Virus record (IMG/VR): IMGVR_UViG_3300020186_000025
Span: 1-61,630 of that record
Direction: 5' to 3' (one strand)
DNA: 61,630 nt
DNA from: a virus
Lineage: Duplodnaviria; Caudoviricetes
Shown here: positions 47,201 to 55,911 of the stretch, one piece after another
Position numbering within the stretch: the first letter of the stretch is position 1
Layout of the letters: each line of letters starts with the position of its first letter
Notes under the pieces: model-generated
The model's database searches: none
Told to the model about the DNA's origin: nothing
Seen by the model: the letters and a program-made list of their open reading frames with translations, nothing else
Position numbers and translations under genes: made by a program

Positions 47201-48758
47201 CCAGAACACCACCGACTTCTTCATAAGCTGACTTTAGACTGAAAACAGTATCCTCAACGGCTTTGTTCGCTTCTTCAATGATCTTGCTCTGCGACTTATA
47301 CAGAGCGAAGATCACGAACAACGCGATGAAAGCTGCACTGAGAGGACCGCCCAAGAGAGTGATGAGACGAGTGAAAGCAGTCACCACGAGACCGAGTCCT
47401 GGGATCAGTCGGATAAGAGTCGCACCGAAAGTCGCGGCCAATGCCGCCGAAGCCGCCGCTCTCGCTTGGGCAGCAGCCAGAGCAGTCGTGCTTCCCGTGA
47501 GAAGAAGTTGTGCCGCCGTCAATTCACCGGTCACAACACGAAGAGCTCTCTCAGTAACGATAAGCGCTCTCGACGAATTGTTCAGTGATATTCTTGCAGC
47601 GATCAATCCTGATGTTCTGCCGGTAGCGAGCGCGATACCTTGCTGGAGTTGAACGTAGTTCGCAGCTTGCGCCCTCTGTAGTTTGATAATCTGAAGACTT
47701 GATTGAAGACCAGCAATCGTCAATTGTATATCACGAACTTTCGCAGTTGATAGAATATTCTGTGCTGTAGCAGAAGCCAACAAAGCCGACGATCTCAGTT
47801 GTTCTGCTCTTGCACTATTCAAAAGAATTACACTACCAGATTGGATAGCCATCTGTAAACGAACTTCGGCGACAATCGCAGCAGTTATTCCAGTAATGTA
47901 TTTCGACGCAAAACGAGTAGCGAGACTTATACCAAACGCTGCGAGAACAGGAAGAGCGATCTGCAAAGAATTCGCTATCCCAATAATCGCATAAGCGACA
48001 GCTCCACTGGCACCGGTCGTGTCATCGAGAGCGTCCAGAACTTCCAGAAGGTTGGTCCGAAGAACGTTGAACGCTTGACCGATAGTAGAAACGGTCTTTA
48101 GGAATTTATCGTTGATTTCTCTGCGAGCATTCCTGAAAGCATCAAGAATGATCTCACCAGTGATGCCCCCCTGTTGACCAAGTTCTCTCAGTTTACCACG
48201 AGTTATTCCAAGTTCTTTCGCGATGATATCTGCAACAAACGGAAGCTGTTCCAGAACAGAACGAAGTTCGTCACCACCGAGACGACCGGATGCAATACCT
48301 TGAGAAAGCTGTATCAAAGCCGCGTTTGTTTCTCTGGCATGTGCTCCTGAAAGAATAACAGCTTGGTTCAGAGACTCTGTGAACGCCAAAGTCTGTCGTT
48401 GACTTATACCAAGTTCACGAACTGACAATGCAGTTCTTGTGTAGATTTGTGCTGTAGTTTCGAAGTCACTTCTGGTTCTTGCAGCGATAGCAAACAACTC
48501 AGTTTGAACTTCGTTGAATTCACGACTAGTCGAAGTCACAAGACGAAGTCTGTTCTCAAAACCTGTGAGCGTGTCCAGCATACGGACAAGACCAGTGACA
48601 GCGACAAGAGAGGCAATACCAAGAGCAACGATCGAAGTCTGGAGCCCAGTCACTCCTCTTTGAGCTCCGGAGGCACTCGCACCAATACCTTCCAATTCTC
48701 TCCTGACGACGCGAGCGCCAACAGAACGAATTACGATAGTGATGAGTTCAGTTGACAC
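44214..48758 (-). CDS. Tape measure protein
   Basis: 1514 aa helical; AL.QLSQG..SG.L.GDEL.SV.EQ tape-measure domain; follows the chaperones. Confidence 0.92.
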   Translation of the reverse strand: MSTELITIVIRSVGARVVRRELEGIGASASGAQRGVTGLQTSIVALGIASLVAVTGLVRMLDTLTGFENRLRLVTSTSREFNEVQTELFAIAARTRSDFETTAQIYTRTALSVRELGISQRQTLAFTESLNQAVILSGAHARETNAALIQLSQGIASGRLGGDELRSVLEQLPFVADIIAKELGITRGKLRELGQQGGITGEIILDAFRNARREINDKFLKTVSTIGQAFNVLRTNLLEVLDALDDTTGASGAVAYAIIGIANSLQIALPVLAAFGISLATRFASKYITGITAAIVAEVRLQMAIQSGSVILLNSARAEQLRSSALLASATAQNILSTAKVRDIQLTIAGLQSSLQIIKLQRAQAANYVQLQQGIALATGRTSGLIAARISLNNSSRALIVTERALRVVTGELTAAQLLLTGSTTALAAAQARAAASAALAATFGATLIRLIPGLGLVVTAFTRLITLLGGPLSAAFIALFVIFALYKSQSKIIEEANKAVEDTVFSLKSAYEEVGGVLEDVTEGLLGFTEIELLTQITEQADIAADSMRSFGRGLFSVSVILKEYSGESPITAFLDEASVKLKDGTLNLEEFRDGLSDISVGIDPSALTAFLDEASVKLKDGTLNLEEFRDGLSDISVGIDPRALTAFLDEVFENLKDGTLNLEEFRDELSDISVGNDPGTLSLITNLIKLSRDTGSTVESLNRLQDVLTVITGTEAEASAALERLGISAGEAGGSIAAAVKDIDTFGDALAAISNFIPEFERAAKVQEDIAKVTAIYKAGLAILNTQLTEGKISQVTFSDATQTLGQRLIAAIAVIDGTTEAIEKATSAYDSYINRSDLEAGLTRREEALRREEEAFADVTAELTKNNAAVDLFTGTSNVYIDRLKAINDQFDRLANENRFSQTSAEVDATVKIMTDAFARLGEKFEELNEQTTGLSISDVSALLGVQLLNTEQRAQSLSDVLSGLADRLQSTGSAGAASAAQLLILIAGLQDGTTNGNQLRLALLQIASTTGGVLGDIALEAIELSRSSDEAGKDTERLRAILAVLGGVAGSADRALLGLSGSANIAASSIRGLGGAAMATISALRTLAGFVPELAAAQDVADQLLEAQSAFQSGVGGLDQLLNAKNISIDNYATQIGRLKETYALARSEIDGTASAQRNANEAFKEYTDDSALSALDDRARAIETETRRYNELIATLQTGEDATSRIADVTAQYQQRLAMVNAEFDALSSGSGTGGSGGAAKTVEEISKAMERKLEIIDSLLEPLRTYTMEMEVLNELLQEGTVNQDQFSQSVLSARIRFLESQTTMQAGFERGFLKIIEQTSDAASQMENIITTAFDGMSSAIADLVVDGTADFGSLIRNINKMIIQLVVSQAFQQLFGGEAGTDGGGSKKKGLFEVFSGFLGGIVDRIFGIGAAAIPGAAAGGSFQVGPSSGFGGLTGHDNRLVPLRLKDGEHVEITPRGQEPGGGRGSAGTTVIFNVTTPDAQSFQASQSQLAARAARMISSGRRNM
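46719..47044 (-). repeat. Three 111-bp (37-aa) tandem repeats in the tape measure gene
   Basis: CCGACCGAGATATCGGAAAGT at 46729, 46840 and 46951. Confidence 0.92.
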
Positions 48759-48761
48759 CTG

Positions 48762-49226
48762 TTACTGCTCCAAGAGACTAATAGACACGAACTCTGTTCT
48801 TGCCTCAATTATTACAAGAGAAACCCAATCGTTCGGTTGTTGAGAAGAATAACCAGCCCGCAATCTACCAAGATACGGAATAGAGTTCGTTATAAAGACT
48901 GCTTGACTGGTTTGCCCTATTCCTAAAGCAGAGCCAACTCTTAATAGATTGATTTGTGCAACACCTGCGGCAATCGCAGCCCTTGCATTGAAGCGTTCTC
49001 CCCGACCAAGTTTCTTGCCGGGGAAATATGCTGGGATGACTGCACGAATCGGGTTATAGGTAGAGACTATCCAGTTGGAGCGAGCAACGCCTTTATCAAC
49101 AGGTGTTCCTTTCACCAGCCCAACGAGAACACGTTTGGCAACCCTCTTCAAGAGTTTTATAGAATTGTTCTCGAGTCTTCTTCCGCGCATCAGCATGATT
49201 CTCGAAAACTGGAGAAGAGTGGACAT
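48762..49226 (-). CDS. HK97 gp10-like tail completion/neck protein
   Basis: TPVD.G.AR.NW, I.N..PY...L..G.S.Q.P..WV. Confidence 0.8.
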   Translation of the reverse strand: MSTLLQFSRIMLMRGRRLENNSIKLLKRVAKRVLVGLVKGTPVDKGVARSNWIVSTYNPIRAVIPAYFPGKKLGRGERFNARAAIAAGVAQINLLRVGSALGIGQTSQAVFITNSIPYLGRLRAGYSSQQPNDWVSLVIIEARTEFVSISLLEQ

Positions 49227-49547
49227 CTATTTATCTTTGCTCTTTGAACGATTATGCTCCAGAAAGGCTCCGTCCATCTCCCTTATGTGATAGTGCATTG
49301 CCTCAGTTTGATCCTCGTCCAGTTCTAGGAAAGCACAGTATTCGTGAACAACCTTCCAAGGAATGGGACCAAGCCCCATGCCGATCTGTCGGCTGTCTGA
49401 AATTTCCATGAACCCATAATAATAAAGTTCAAGACCTGATCCTATTTCTGGAGCAAAAGCGATCTCTTCAGGAATTTCTCGATTTTCCCTCAGTGCCTCT
49501 GCCATGATCTTGACTTCAATGCTCCCACGTTTGAGAGCATGAATCAA
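49227..49547 (-). CDS. Tail assembly chaperone, frameshift extension (gpT-like)
   Basis: In the -1 frame relative to the upstream chaperone; R..GMG.GPIPW motif. Confidence 0.75.
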   Translation of the reverse strand: MIHALKRGSIEVKIMAEALRENREIPEEIAFAPEIGSGLELYYYGFMEISDSRQIGMGLGPIPWKVVHEYCAFLELDEDQTEAMHYHIREMDGAFLEHNRSKSKDK

Positions 49548-49552
49548 GACCT

Positions 49553-50005
49553 CTACGAGTTTTTTGCTTCCTCCTCCAACTCTTCCTTACGGAAGATCGA
49601 GATCTGTTCGGCTTCTTTCTGAAGCATGAAAAAGATGTCCGGAAGACGACGGAACGTCATCATCACGTTGTCGTAGGAGAAGTCGCCGATCTCACCATCT
49701 GGCATGTGAATGCCGCGCTTCCAGATCGTTTCGCTGGTGACTTCATGGACACCGTCAGAAACGTTCCAATCAAAGATCACAGCGTTGGCATAGATGTCGA
49801 ACAGCAATTCTTTTGAACGCTCCTCTGGCATCACACCAGCAGCGATTGCTCGACGGAACGGCTTCGACTTCTGCTCGGCATATTTCATATACTTCTTATT
49901 CGCACCACCAGCGCGACCAAGCAGCACACGGAAATCACCGTAATCGACCCAGACACCAGTCTTCTCCAGGTGAGGGTCAGTTTCGAACTGAGAATACATC
50001 GACAT
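49553..50005 (-). CDS. Tail assembly chaperone (gpG-like)
   Basis: Between tube and TMP; AAAGGAG RBS; F.TD...E..GVW, RAGG.N..Y. Confidence 0.8.
   Translation of the reverse strand: MSMYSQFETDPHLEKTGVWVDYGDFRVLLGRAGGANKKYMKYAEQKSKPFRRAIAAGVMPEERSKELLFDIYANAVIFDWNVSDGVHEVTSETIWKRGIHMPDGEIGDFSYDNVMMTFRRLPDIFFMLQKEAEQISIFRKEELEEEAKNS
49559..49565 (-). promoter_or_regulatory. -1 programmed frameshift slippery site A AAA AAC
   Basis: GCA AAA AAC TCG TAG; the -1 frame reads KLVEVLIHALKRG into 49227..49547. Confidence 0.8.
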
Positions 50006-50028
50006 ATGGTCACTCCTTTTGTTGTCGA

Positions 50029-51564
50029 TTACTCGGCGGCATCCGGCAGATAGCCAAACCAAGTCCACATCAGAGTGTGAGTGAATCCACTGAAGATTGC
50101 ACTCGCATCTGCTGCCTCAATGTTGAGCGGGATTTTGATCGCCTCATTGGGCGAAACGTTCAAACGTCCGTCGCCCAGAGAGATGAGCGGGATATCAACG
50201 ACGATCCCACCATTGTCTTTCACCATCGCCATATCCATCGTAATGTCCGAGTTGTTGCGGACAGAAGTGATGGCGCTCACATTGTTGAAGTAGGCCGTTA
50301 TCGATCCGCCGACCTGGAAGATACCAGCCGTAAGATCGAAAGCCCCGAGCGTCCCGACCGCCTTGTTGGGCGAAACGTTGTTGTTGATATTGATCGTCGC
50401 TTCAGTGATGAAAGCAGCGAGAGAAGCCGGTGCCTCGTTGATACCGGAAACCAGAGCGATCTTGATGCGACTGAAATCCGACGAGGTGTTGAACACGTCA
50501 GTCAGCATCGGCGTCGTGACAGACGACTGGAGGGGACCAGCAGTCGAGTCGCGGAGTTCTTCATCAGTGCCGACGAAGCCGAGATCGACGTTCACGAGAT
50601 TCGCAGTCGGGACATTCAAGGTGAATTCGTTGCCGACTGAACCTTTGATGATCTGCGTCTGAATGCTGCTGAGTGCCGCGTCATCGGGAGCGCCGAGCAG
50701 ACGTTCCAGGTGATAGGTGCGACGAACGATATTGGAACCGACACGGTTGCGAAGGACATCGCCGTAGAAGATCCGGATAGTCTCCGTAGTAGAAGCTTCG
50801 GTGATCATCGCCAGAGTGGATTTGTCCAGCGTCAGGCGAGTTGCTGCGATAGTGCGAACACGTTTGAACCCATTGTTCGCAGCCGTCGCGAAACCCAAGG
50901 AAGCTGAATCTCCACCAACGAAAATCCACTGACCAGCAACCAGACCAAGAGTGGTGAAGTCCAGAGACGTCGAAGTCAGTGCAGAAAGATCTCCTGCGGC
51001 ATCCACATCGATGTCACCAGCGGCACCTTGATGACCGACGACCTGAATATAGGCACCGGTCGGAGGCGAAGCTTCGGCGACGAGTTGGCCAGTCGCAACC
51101 TCGACCGAAGTCGATGCAGTGACAACTGTCACGACATTGAGAGCGTTGTTCGCGTCGTTGGTGAACTGAAATCCACGAATGAGGCTGCCGACCACGAAGC
51201 CTGTCGTGCTGGCGACTTCATACTCGTCAGGGTTCGTCGTGTCAATGTCAACAGCCGTGACGACTTCGCGACCTTTGCGTTCCCAACTGGCGAACATGAA
51301 CCCTTGAAGGATATCCTCCAGGTTCCAGAGGGAAAGATTGTGATTGAACTGCGCCGTCGCGTCCAGATCGGTTGTCACACCTTTCTTGCGCGAACGAGTG
51401 TTCGTGATTGGCGTCGGGGAGACGTTCGTGATCTCGCTTCCAAAATCACCATAACCATTCGGCTCCAAAGCATACCAAACAGGCGAGCTCAATGTCGCGA
51501 GGGTAGATTCCTCGGCGTAAGCTAGGCCCGTGGAGTTGGAGTCGATCTTTGCAACCTGTGCCAT
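50029..51564 (-). CDS. Major tail tube protein
   Basis: IDSN.TGL.YAEE, LEPN.Y.DFG, R..KKG..TDLDA, G.F.V.G..TAYF; position. Confidence 0.85.
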   Translation of the reverse strand: MAQVAKIDSNSTGLAYAEESTLATLSSPVWYALEPNGYGDFGSEITNVSPTPITNTRSRKKGVTTDLDATAQFNHNLSLWNLEDILQGFMFASWERKGREVVTAVDIDTTNPDEYEVASTTGFVVGSLIRGFQFTNDANNALNVVTVVTASTSVEVATGQLVAEASPPTGAYIQVVGHQGAAGDIDVDAAGDLSALTSTSLDFTTLGLVAGQWIFVGGDSASLGFATAANNGFKRVRTIAATRLTLDKSTLAMITEASTTETIRIFYGDVLRNRVGSNIVRRTYHLERLLGAPDDAALSSIQTQIIKGSVGNEFTLNVPTANLVNVDLGFVGTDEELRDSTAGPLQSSVTTPMLTDVFNTSSDFSRIKIALVSGINEAPASLAAFITEATININNNVSPNKAVGTLGAFDLTAGIFQVGGSITAYFNNVSAITSVRNNSDITMDMAMVKDNGGIVVDIPLISLGDGRLNVSPNEAIKIPLNIEAADASAIFSGFTHTLMWTWFGYLPDAAE

Positions 51565-51577
51565 CTAAGGATCTCCT

Positions 51578-51997
51578 TCATTTGAGTTCATCGTATAGGA
51601 ATTCAACAAGGACATTCATTTGAAAGAACCTGCCATCCCGACCGATTTCATTCAACCTCACGTTCCTGAACCACACTCCCCCTGGAGTTGTAGAACCCTC
51701 GTAAGCATCGACCACAACCTTAGCCAAATTATAGGCTTCTTGCAAGCCTTTTCCTGCTGGCGTAAATATCTGAACAATGAGCAGTCCCTCTCTTGCGAAA
51801 CGGCTTGTTCCAGTCGCCGTTCCGAGGGTCATCTGTTGCCCCGAAGCATGACGGAGCGTAGTTGTCGACCACGGATCCTCACTAGAGTCCCGTTGTTGAC
51901 GAACATCTTCGTAATAAGCTGGAAAGCCAGTCGTGTCCCAGGCGGTCTTGAAAAGATCCATGATCTGATCGACAGCATCTGAAAATGTGAGGCTCAT
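51578..51997 (-). CDS. Tail terminator protein
   Basis: G...VQIF.P.G.G, GVWFRNVR..E.G, F.YDE. Confidence 0.8.
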   Translation of the reverse strand: MSLTFSDAVDQIMDLFKTAWDTTGFPAYYEDVRQQRDSSEDPWSTTTLRHASGQQMTLGTATGTSRFAREGLLIVQIFTPAGKGLQEAYNLAKVVVDAYEGSTTPGGVWFRNVRLNEIGRDGRFFQMNVLVEFLYDELK

Positions 51998-52395
51998 CTA
52001 CGAACTCCAAGGAATCCGAGTAGAGTTTTGTCTCCAGGTTTGAGAATTTGAGAAGTGAAAATTCCCCATCTTTCTGATTGATCGAGAACTTCTGAGAACT
52101 GTCGAAGATCGGTTTCTCCAGCAGAAATGATGATGATCTGTTCGCTTGTGGCGATCATTGATTCCATCTCTGTTCCAAGACCGAGAGCGCTCAATCCAAA
52201 TTGGCGAACGGAAGTCGGTTGGATAAAGACTCCATAGACGTCGGACGATGGTTCAGTAGGACTGGCTGGTGGACCTTTCCATGGTCGAGACACATTATCA
52301 GACGTCTCATCAAAACGAATCAGTTTGATCAATCTTCCTCTTTTATTGATCATCCGAACAGCAGTCGCAACAACTCTAGTGTAGAAATCAGTCAC
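51994..52395 (-). CDS. Head closure / head-tail joining protein
   Basis: Y......A..I...GR, PW, KPG; position. Confidence 0.7.
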   Translation of the reverse strand: MTDFYTRVVATAVRMINKRGRLIKLIRFDETSDNVSRPWKGPPASPTEPSSDVYGVFIQPTSVRQFGLSALGLGTEMESMIATSEQIIIISAGETDLRQFSEVLDQSERWGIFTSQILKPGDKTLLGFLGVRR

Positions 52396-53284
52396 GAATG
52401 ACTCCCCCTCTTCCACCATTTGTCAAGAACGGATATAGAAGACGATCAGCCGCAGGGAACCTCGAGATGATAATATTCGAAGCATACTTATATTCTTCTT
52501 CGATAGGTCCAACCTTCTCGCGACGAGAAGTCACAGGTCCACCAAAATCATCGAAAGAAGGATCTTTGAGCAAGACATCGTTCAGGACACGAACAGAATA
52601 CTCAGAGGTCGCTTGTTTGATTCTCTCAGGAATTCCAACGATGGCATTTCCACGATCATCATAGACGTATTGTCTGGGCCAGGACAATGGCTGAATCCCA
52701 CCATCAAGACCCCCGACAAAAGGTGAAGTTGTGATGTTCGGAGCGGCCTCGGAGAGCACCGTGTAAGCCCCGCTTGCACCGGGGGCCAATGCCACCAGCG
52801 CCACCACACCTGCCGCCGCCGTGGCCGTGCCGTGGCGGCTTGCCACCGTGCCAAGGCCATAGGTAACACCAGCCGCCGCAGGCAAAGCCATCACCCCATC
52901 GGTGAAGTTGCTCGCATTCAATGTTATTGTTGCACCAATGAGAATCTCATCTGGTTCACCAGAGAGAGAAGTCACAAAGATGTAAGTCTGATCGCCCAAG
53001 GTGAGAGAATCGTTATTGGCTGGGAGACCAGTGAAAGAAACAGAACCCTCAGCAAAAGTGACCTCGAAAGATGACAGAGGAACTCCCCTGAACTTATGAC
53101 TGAACCTTTTGTCCAGATAATCTGTCGCTGCGATAATTGCAGCTTCCTGAACTGAAGCAGAAGAAGTTGACCATGAGTTCTCTGTAACGCGATTTCGTGA
53201 AGTAAGATAGCTGGTCACAAAAGAAACTGGGACGTATCCATTCGCCCCGTAGACACCGATCCCTGTTTCTACGATAAGAGACAT
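52388..53284 (-). CDS. Head-tail adaptor (DnaT-like family) with internal insertion domain
   Basis: VE.G.G...AN.Y, A.DY.D, Q.L.WPR, EKVGPIE.EY. Confidence 0.8.
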   Translation of the reverse strand: MSLIVETGIGVYGANGYVPVSFVTSYLTSRNRVTENSWSTSSASVQEAAIIAATDYLDKRFSHKFRGVPLSSFEVTFAEGSVSFTGLPANNDSLTLGDQTYIFVTSLSGEPDEILIGATITLNASNFTDGVMALPAAAGVTYGLGTVASRHGTATAAAGVVALVALAPGASGAYTVLSEAAPNITTSPFVGGLDGGIQPLSWPRQYVYDDRGNAIVGIPERIKQATSEYSVRVLNDVLLKDPSFDDFGGPVTSRREKVGPIEEEYKYASNIIISRFPAADRLLYPFLTNGGRGGVIRD

Positions 53285-53288
53285 TTTT

Positions 53289-53408
53289 TTACACCAGCTT
53301 CTTTTTGCGATTCTTCCTCGCGGTGAAAAGCGCAGTTTGAAGTTTCGCCTTTACCTTGGGAGGCGAATTCTTCAAGCTGGCGAATCTTGGTTTTGGAGGT
53401 GAGGCCAT
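53289..53408 (-). CDS. Small very basic peptide (39 aa, not in the ORF track)
   Basis: GAGG RBS; MASPPKPRFASLKNSPPKVKAKLQTALFTARKNRKKKLV; fills the intergenic gap exactly. Confidence 0.5.
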   Translation of the reverse strand: MASPPKPRFASLKNSPPKVKAKLQTALFTARKNRKKKLV

Positions 53409-53415
53409 CACAGCC

Positions 53416-54111
53416 TCACTTCAACAAAGCACGAACAAGACGCTTGGACCCGCGTTTCGTTTTCCGCTCCATAGCCTGATCCAGCTGAGAGCGAGGATTG
53501 ATGTCTTTCAACTGACCAAACTGAGACATCACTGCTTTCTGCTTCGCCCAACGTTCAGCACGTTGCTCGTTCTGCGAATTGATGTAAGCGCGAATTGCCT
53601 CGGCGTTGGTCTGCATCGGCAGTTCAGTCTTAATTCGTGACTGAACGAACATCAGCGACATCTTGAGGCGATTACGAAGATCGCTCAGATGTTCGACGTT
53701 GCGAGTGACTTCAGTCTGCTGTTGGACGATCAGCGATTCGATTTCTGCGAGGTCTTCCTTGGGAACACCACGAAGGAACTTTGCGAACTCCTTCTCAGTG
53801 AGCGGCTCATCGAAATCAGCAAGAATATCGGCCGAAGAGATATCGATGTCCAGATCGATTTCTTCCTCGTTCACTTTCTGACCGGCGGCTTCTTCTTCGT
53901 CACCGGCTTTTTCGGCATTTCCGCCATCCATGAGTTTCTTGCGGTTGAAAGAAGGGTCGGCTTCGAAGATTTCCTGACGATTCAGGAGTTCGATACCGGT
54001 CTTCTCTTTGAGGTAATCGACCAGCGGATCACCATTCTGGGTCCACTGATCGTCGTCCAAGGCATCCATTCCGGCAAGGGCCTCGAGAATTTTCTCTTTT
54101 GACATGGTCAT
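53416..54111 (-). CDS. Hypothetical head-module protein
   Basis: LD..DD.WT..G.P motif, coiled coil; AAGGAG RBS. Confidence 0.75.
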   Translation of the reverse strand: MTMSKEKILEALAGMDALDDDQWTQNGDPLVDYLKEKTGIELLNRQEIFEADPSFNRKKLMDGGNAEKAGDEEEAAGQKVNEEEIDLDIDISSADILADFDEPLTEKEFAKFLRGVPKEDLAEIESLIVQQQTEVTRNVEHLSDLRNRLKMSLMFVQSRIKTELPMQTNAEAIRAYINSQNEQRAERWAKQKAVMSQFGQLKDINPRSQLDQAMERKTKRGSKRLVRALLK

Positions 54112-54117
54112 TTCTCC

Positions 54118-54636
54118 TTAGTCGTCGCCGAGGACAGTGTAACACAGAAGAAGTTCGCCTGTGATCGTAAGCACGACGGTCGCGGCATCTGTGATATCAG
54201 CGGCATCGATGAGGACGTTGAGGTTGATTTCCAGCGATCCATCGGTATTGTCGAAGATCGCTTGCGTTGCGTTGGCTCCTCTCACTTGCGGAGCAATTTC
54301 GGCGACGGCTGGACCGATGGCTGTCGAAGCGATAATGTCAACTTCTGTGCTGGCGAGAGTTCCGTTGGCATCAGGTTCGGTGCCGATACCAAAATCTCCG
54401 TTCCAGGTGGCTGTAAGATTGGCATCGCTACCAGTTCCACTGAAATTGATATTGGTGACTGCGCCCAAGAACAAAATGTTGCCTTCTGGGAAATCACCGA
54501 TGACAAGAGTCCCGAAACCGACACCGGCACCCGCCGCCAAGACGCTGACGCTACCTGAAATCCGAATTCGTTCTTTGATGATCTCTTGTTTGCGTTTGTC
54601 ACCGCGAGACAGAGATCGAGGAAGTCCTTTACCCAT
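54118..54636 (-). CDS. Virion structural / decoration protein
   Basis: MGKGLPRSL, PEGNIL.LGAV, LGDD terminus; follows the capsid gene. Confidence 0.7.
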   Translation of the reverse strand: MGKGLPRSLSRGDKRKQEIIKERIRISGSVSVLAAGAGVGFGTLVIGDFPEGNILFLGAVTNINFSGTGSDANLTATWNGDFGIGTEPDANGTLASTEVDIIASTAIGPAVAEIAPQVRGANATQAIFDNTDGSLEINLNVLIDAADITDAATVVLTITGELLLCYTVLGDD

Positions 54637-54704
54637 GATATTCTCCTTTCAGAACTGAGGGTGACGCGGGGGCGACCGCTACCGGAAGCCGCCCCCGCTA
54701 CAGA

Positions 54705-55778
54705 TCACGCCTCGCGGGTGACCAGCCGCGCGAACTTGACCTGCTTCCTTTCCGTGTAAACACGGTTCCAGGAAGCTGCCTCGTCCAGATCGTTACCAGC
54801 CGTGCCAGTGTTCGCTGGACCACCATTGGGAGCCGTGCCAGACCACGCATGGCCGACGGGATGGATGCACCATTCCGCACGGTTGTAGAGGACATCTTGT
54901 CCGCCGCCGTTGCCACCTCCGGGCTTGCGCTCGATTTCCGTGGGAACCGGCGGAGAGCCGACACCCAGACGAGTCGCACCACCGCCAAACATCCACGTCT
55001 GATAGACGTTGCTTGTAAACGGCACACCGTCGTCAATCACAACCTCGCGACCCAGGAACGTGGGAATGTTCACAGTGCCGTTCGAGTCCGGAATGAAGTC
55101 GATCAGGTTGTTCTTCTGCATACGGTTGTAGACGACCGAATGGACCATCACACCAGTGAGATCTTCCATGCTGTCGCCCATCGTCAGGGCCGTATCGAGG
55201 AACGCCTCGGCCGAGAAATCGGTGACGCCCGCCGAATAGGACGAACCAGAGATATCGTTCGTGTAATCGCCAGAATCGTTTGCCGTGTTGTCAGCGATCA
55301 CACCTTTCCACGTCGACACGAAAGCGAGTTGCAGTTTCCGGGTCCAGTAGTAGGCGACACGATCTGCGATCGCAGCCATCGGATCGGAGCCAGCCAGAGT
55401 CGCGGCGAGTGACATGGTCGACCAAGATTGGTTCCGCGAGAGACGCACACCGATTTCGGTGATGCTGCCGATCTTCTTCGGATCGGGTGGGCGTTCCGGC
55501 GAAGTGCCGGAGCCAGCCGCGTTCGCTGAGGAGTCTGCGGTGTTGAATACCGCCGAAGAGTCGTTGGAAACCCGATCGTCATCATTGTCCAGATCGCGCC
55601 AGGACGGTAGATTGAAGGTAAGACCACCACCAGCCAGAAGACCGTCGATCGCGGGATCGCGAACGGCCATGCCTGACTGAATAATACGGGCTTTCTCTTC
55701 GGTGAGTTGCTGGACATATCCAGTGAAGATCTCCGGAACGACGACGTCGCTCACGCGAGTTGCGGGGCCTGCTGCCAT
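54705..55778 (-). CDS. Major capsid protein
   Basis: T..SDV.VPEIF..Y, P.W.DL, G.DPM.AI..RV..YW, MHS.VY, FLGR.V..DD..P, HP.G. Confidence 0.9.
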   Translation of the reverse strand: MAAGPATRVSDVVVPEIFTGYVQQLTEEKARIIQSGMAVRDPAIDGLLAGGGLTFNLPSWRDLDNDDDRVSNDSSAVFNTADSSANAAGSGTSPERPPDPKKIGSITEIGVRLSRNQSWSTMSLAATLAGSDPMAAIADRVAYYWTRKLQLAFVSTWKGVIADNTANDSGDYTNDISGSSYSAGVTDFSAEAFLDTALTMGDSMEDLTGVMVHSVVYNRMQKNNLIDFIPDSNGTVNIPTFLGREVVIDDGVPFTSNVYQTWMFGGGATRLGVGSPPVPTEIERKPGGGNGGGQDVLYNRAEWCIHPVGHAWSGTAPNGGPANTGTAGNDLDEAASWNRVYTERKQVKFARLVTREA

Positions 55779-55911
55779 GTGATTCTCCTTTCGAGCATTG
55801 GCGTTTGGGAAAACCGACAACGAGCCCCTGCTCAGTCGGAGGAAACCGATCCCCTGATCGGGTTGATACTTGCACCATAACTCAATTCAGACTCCGGTGC
55901 AAGCATAATTT

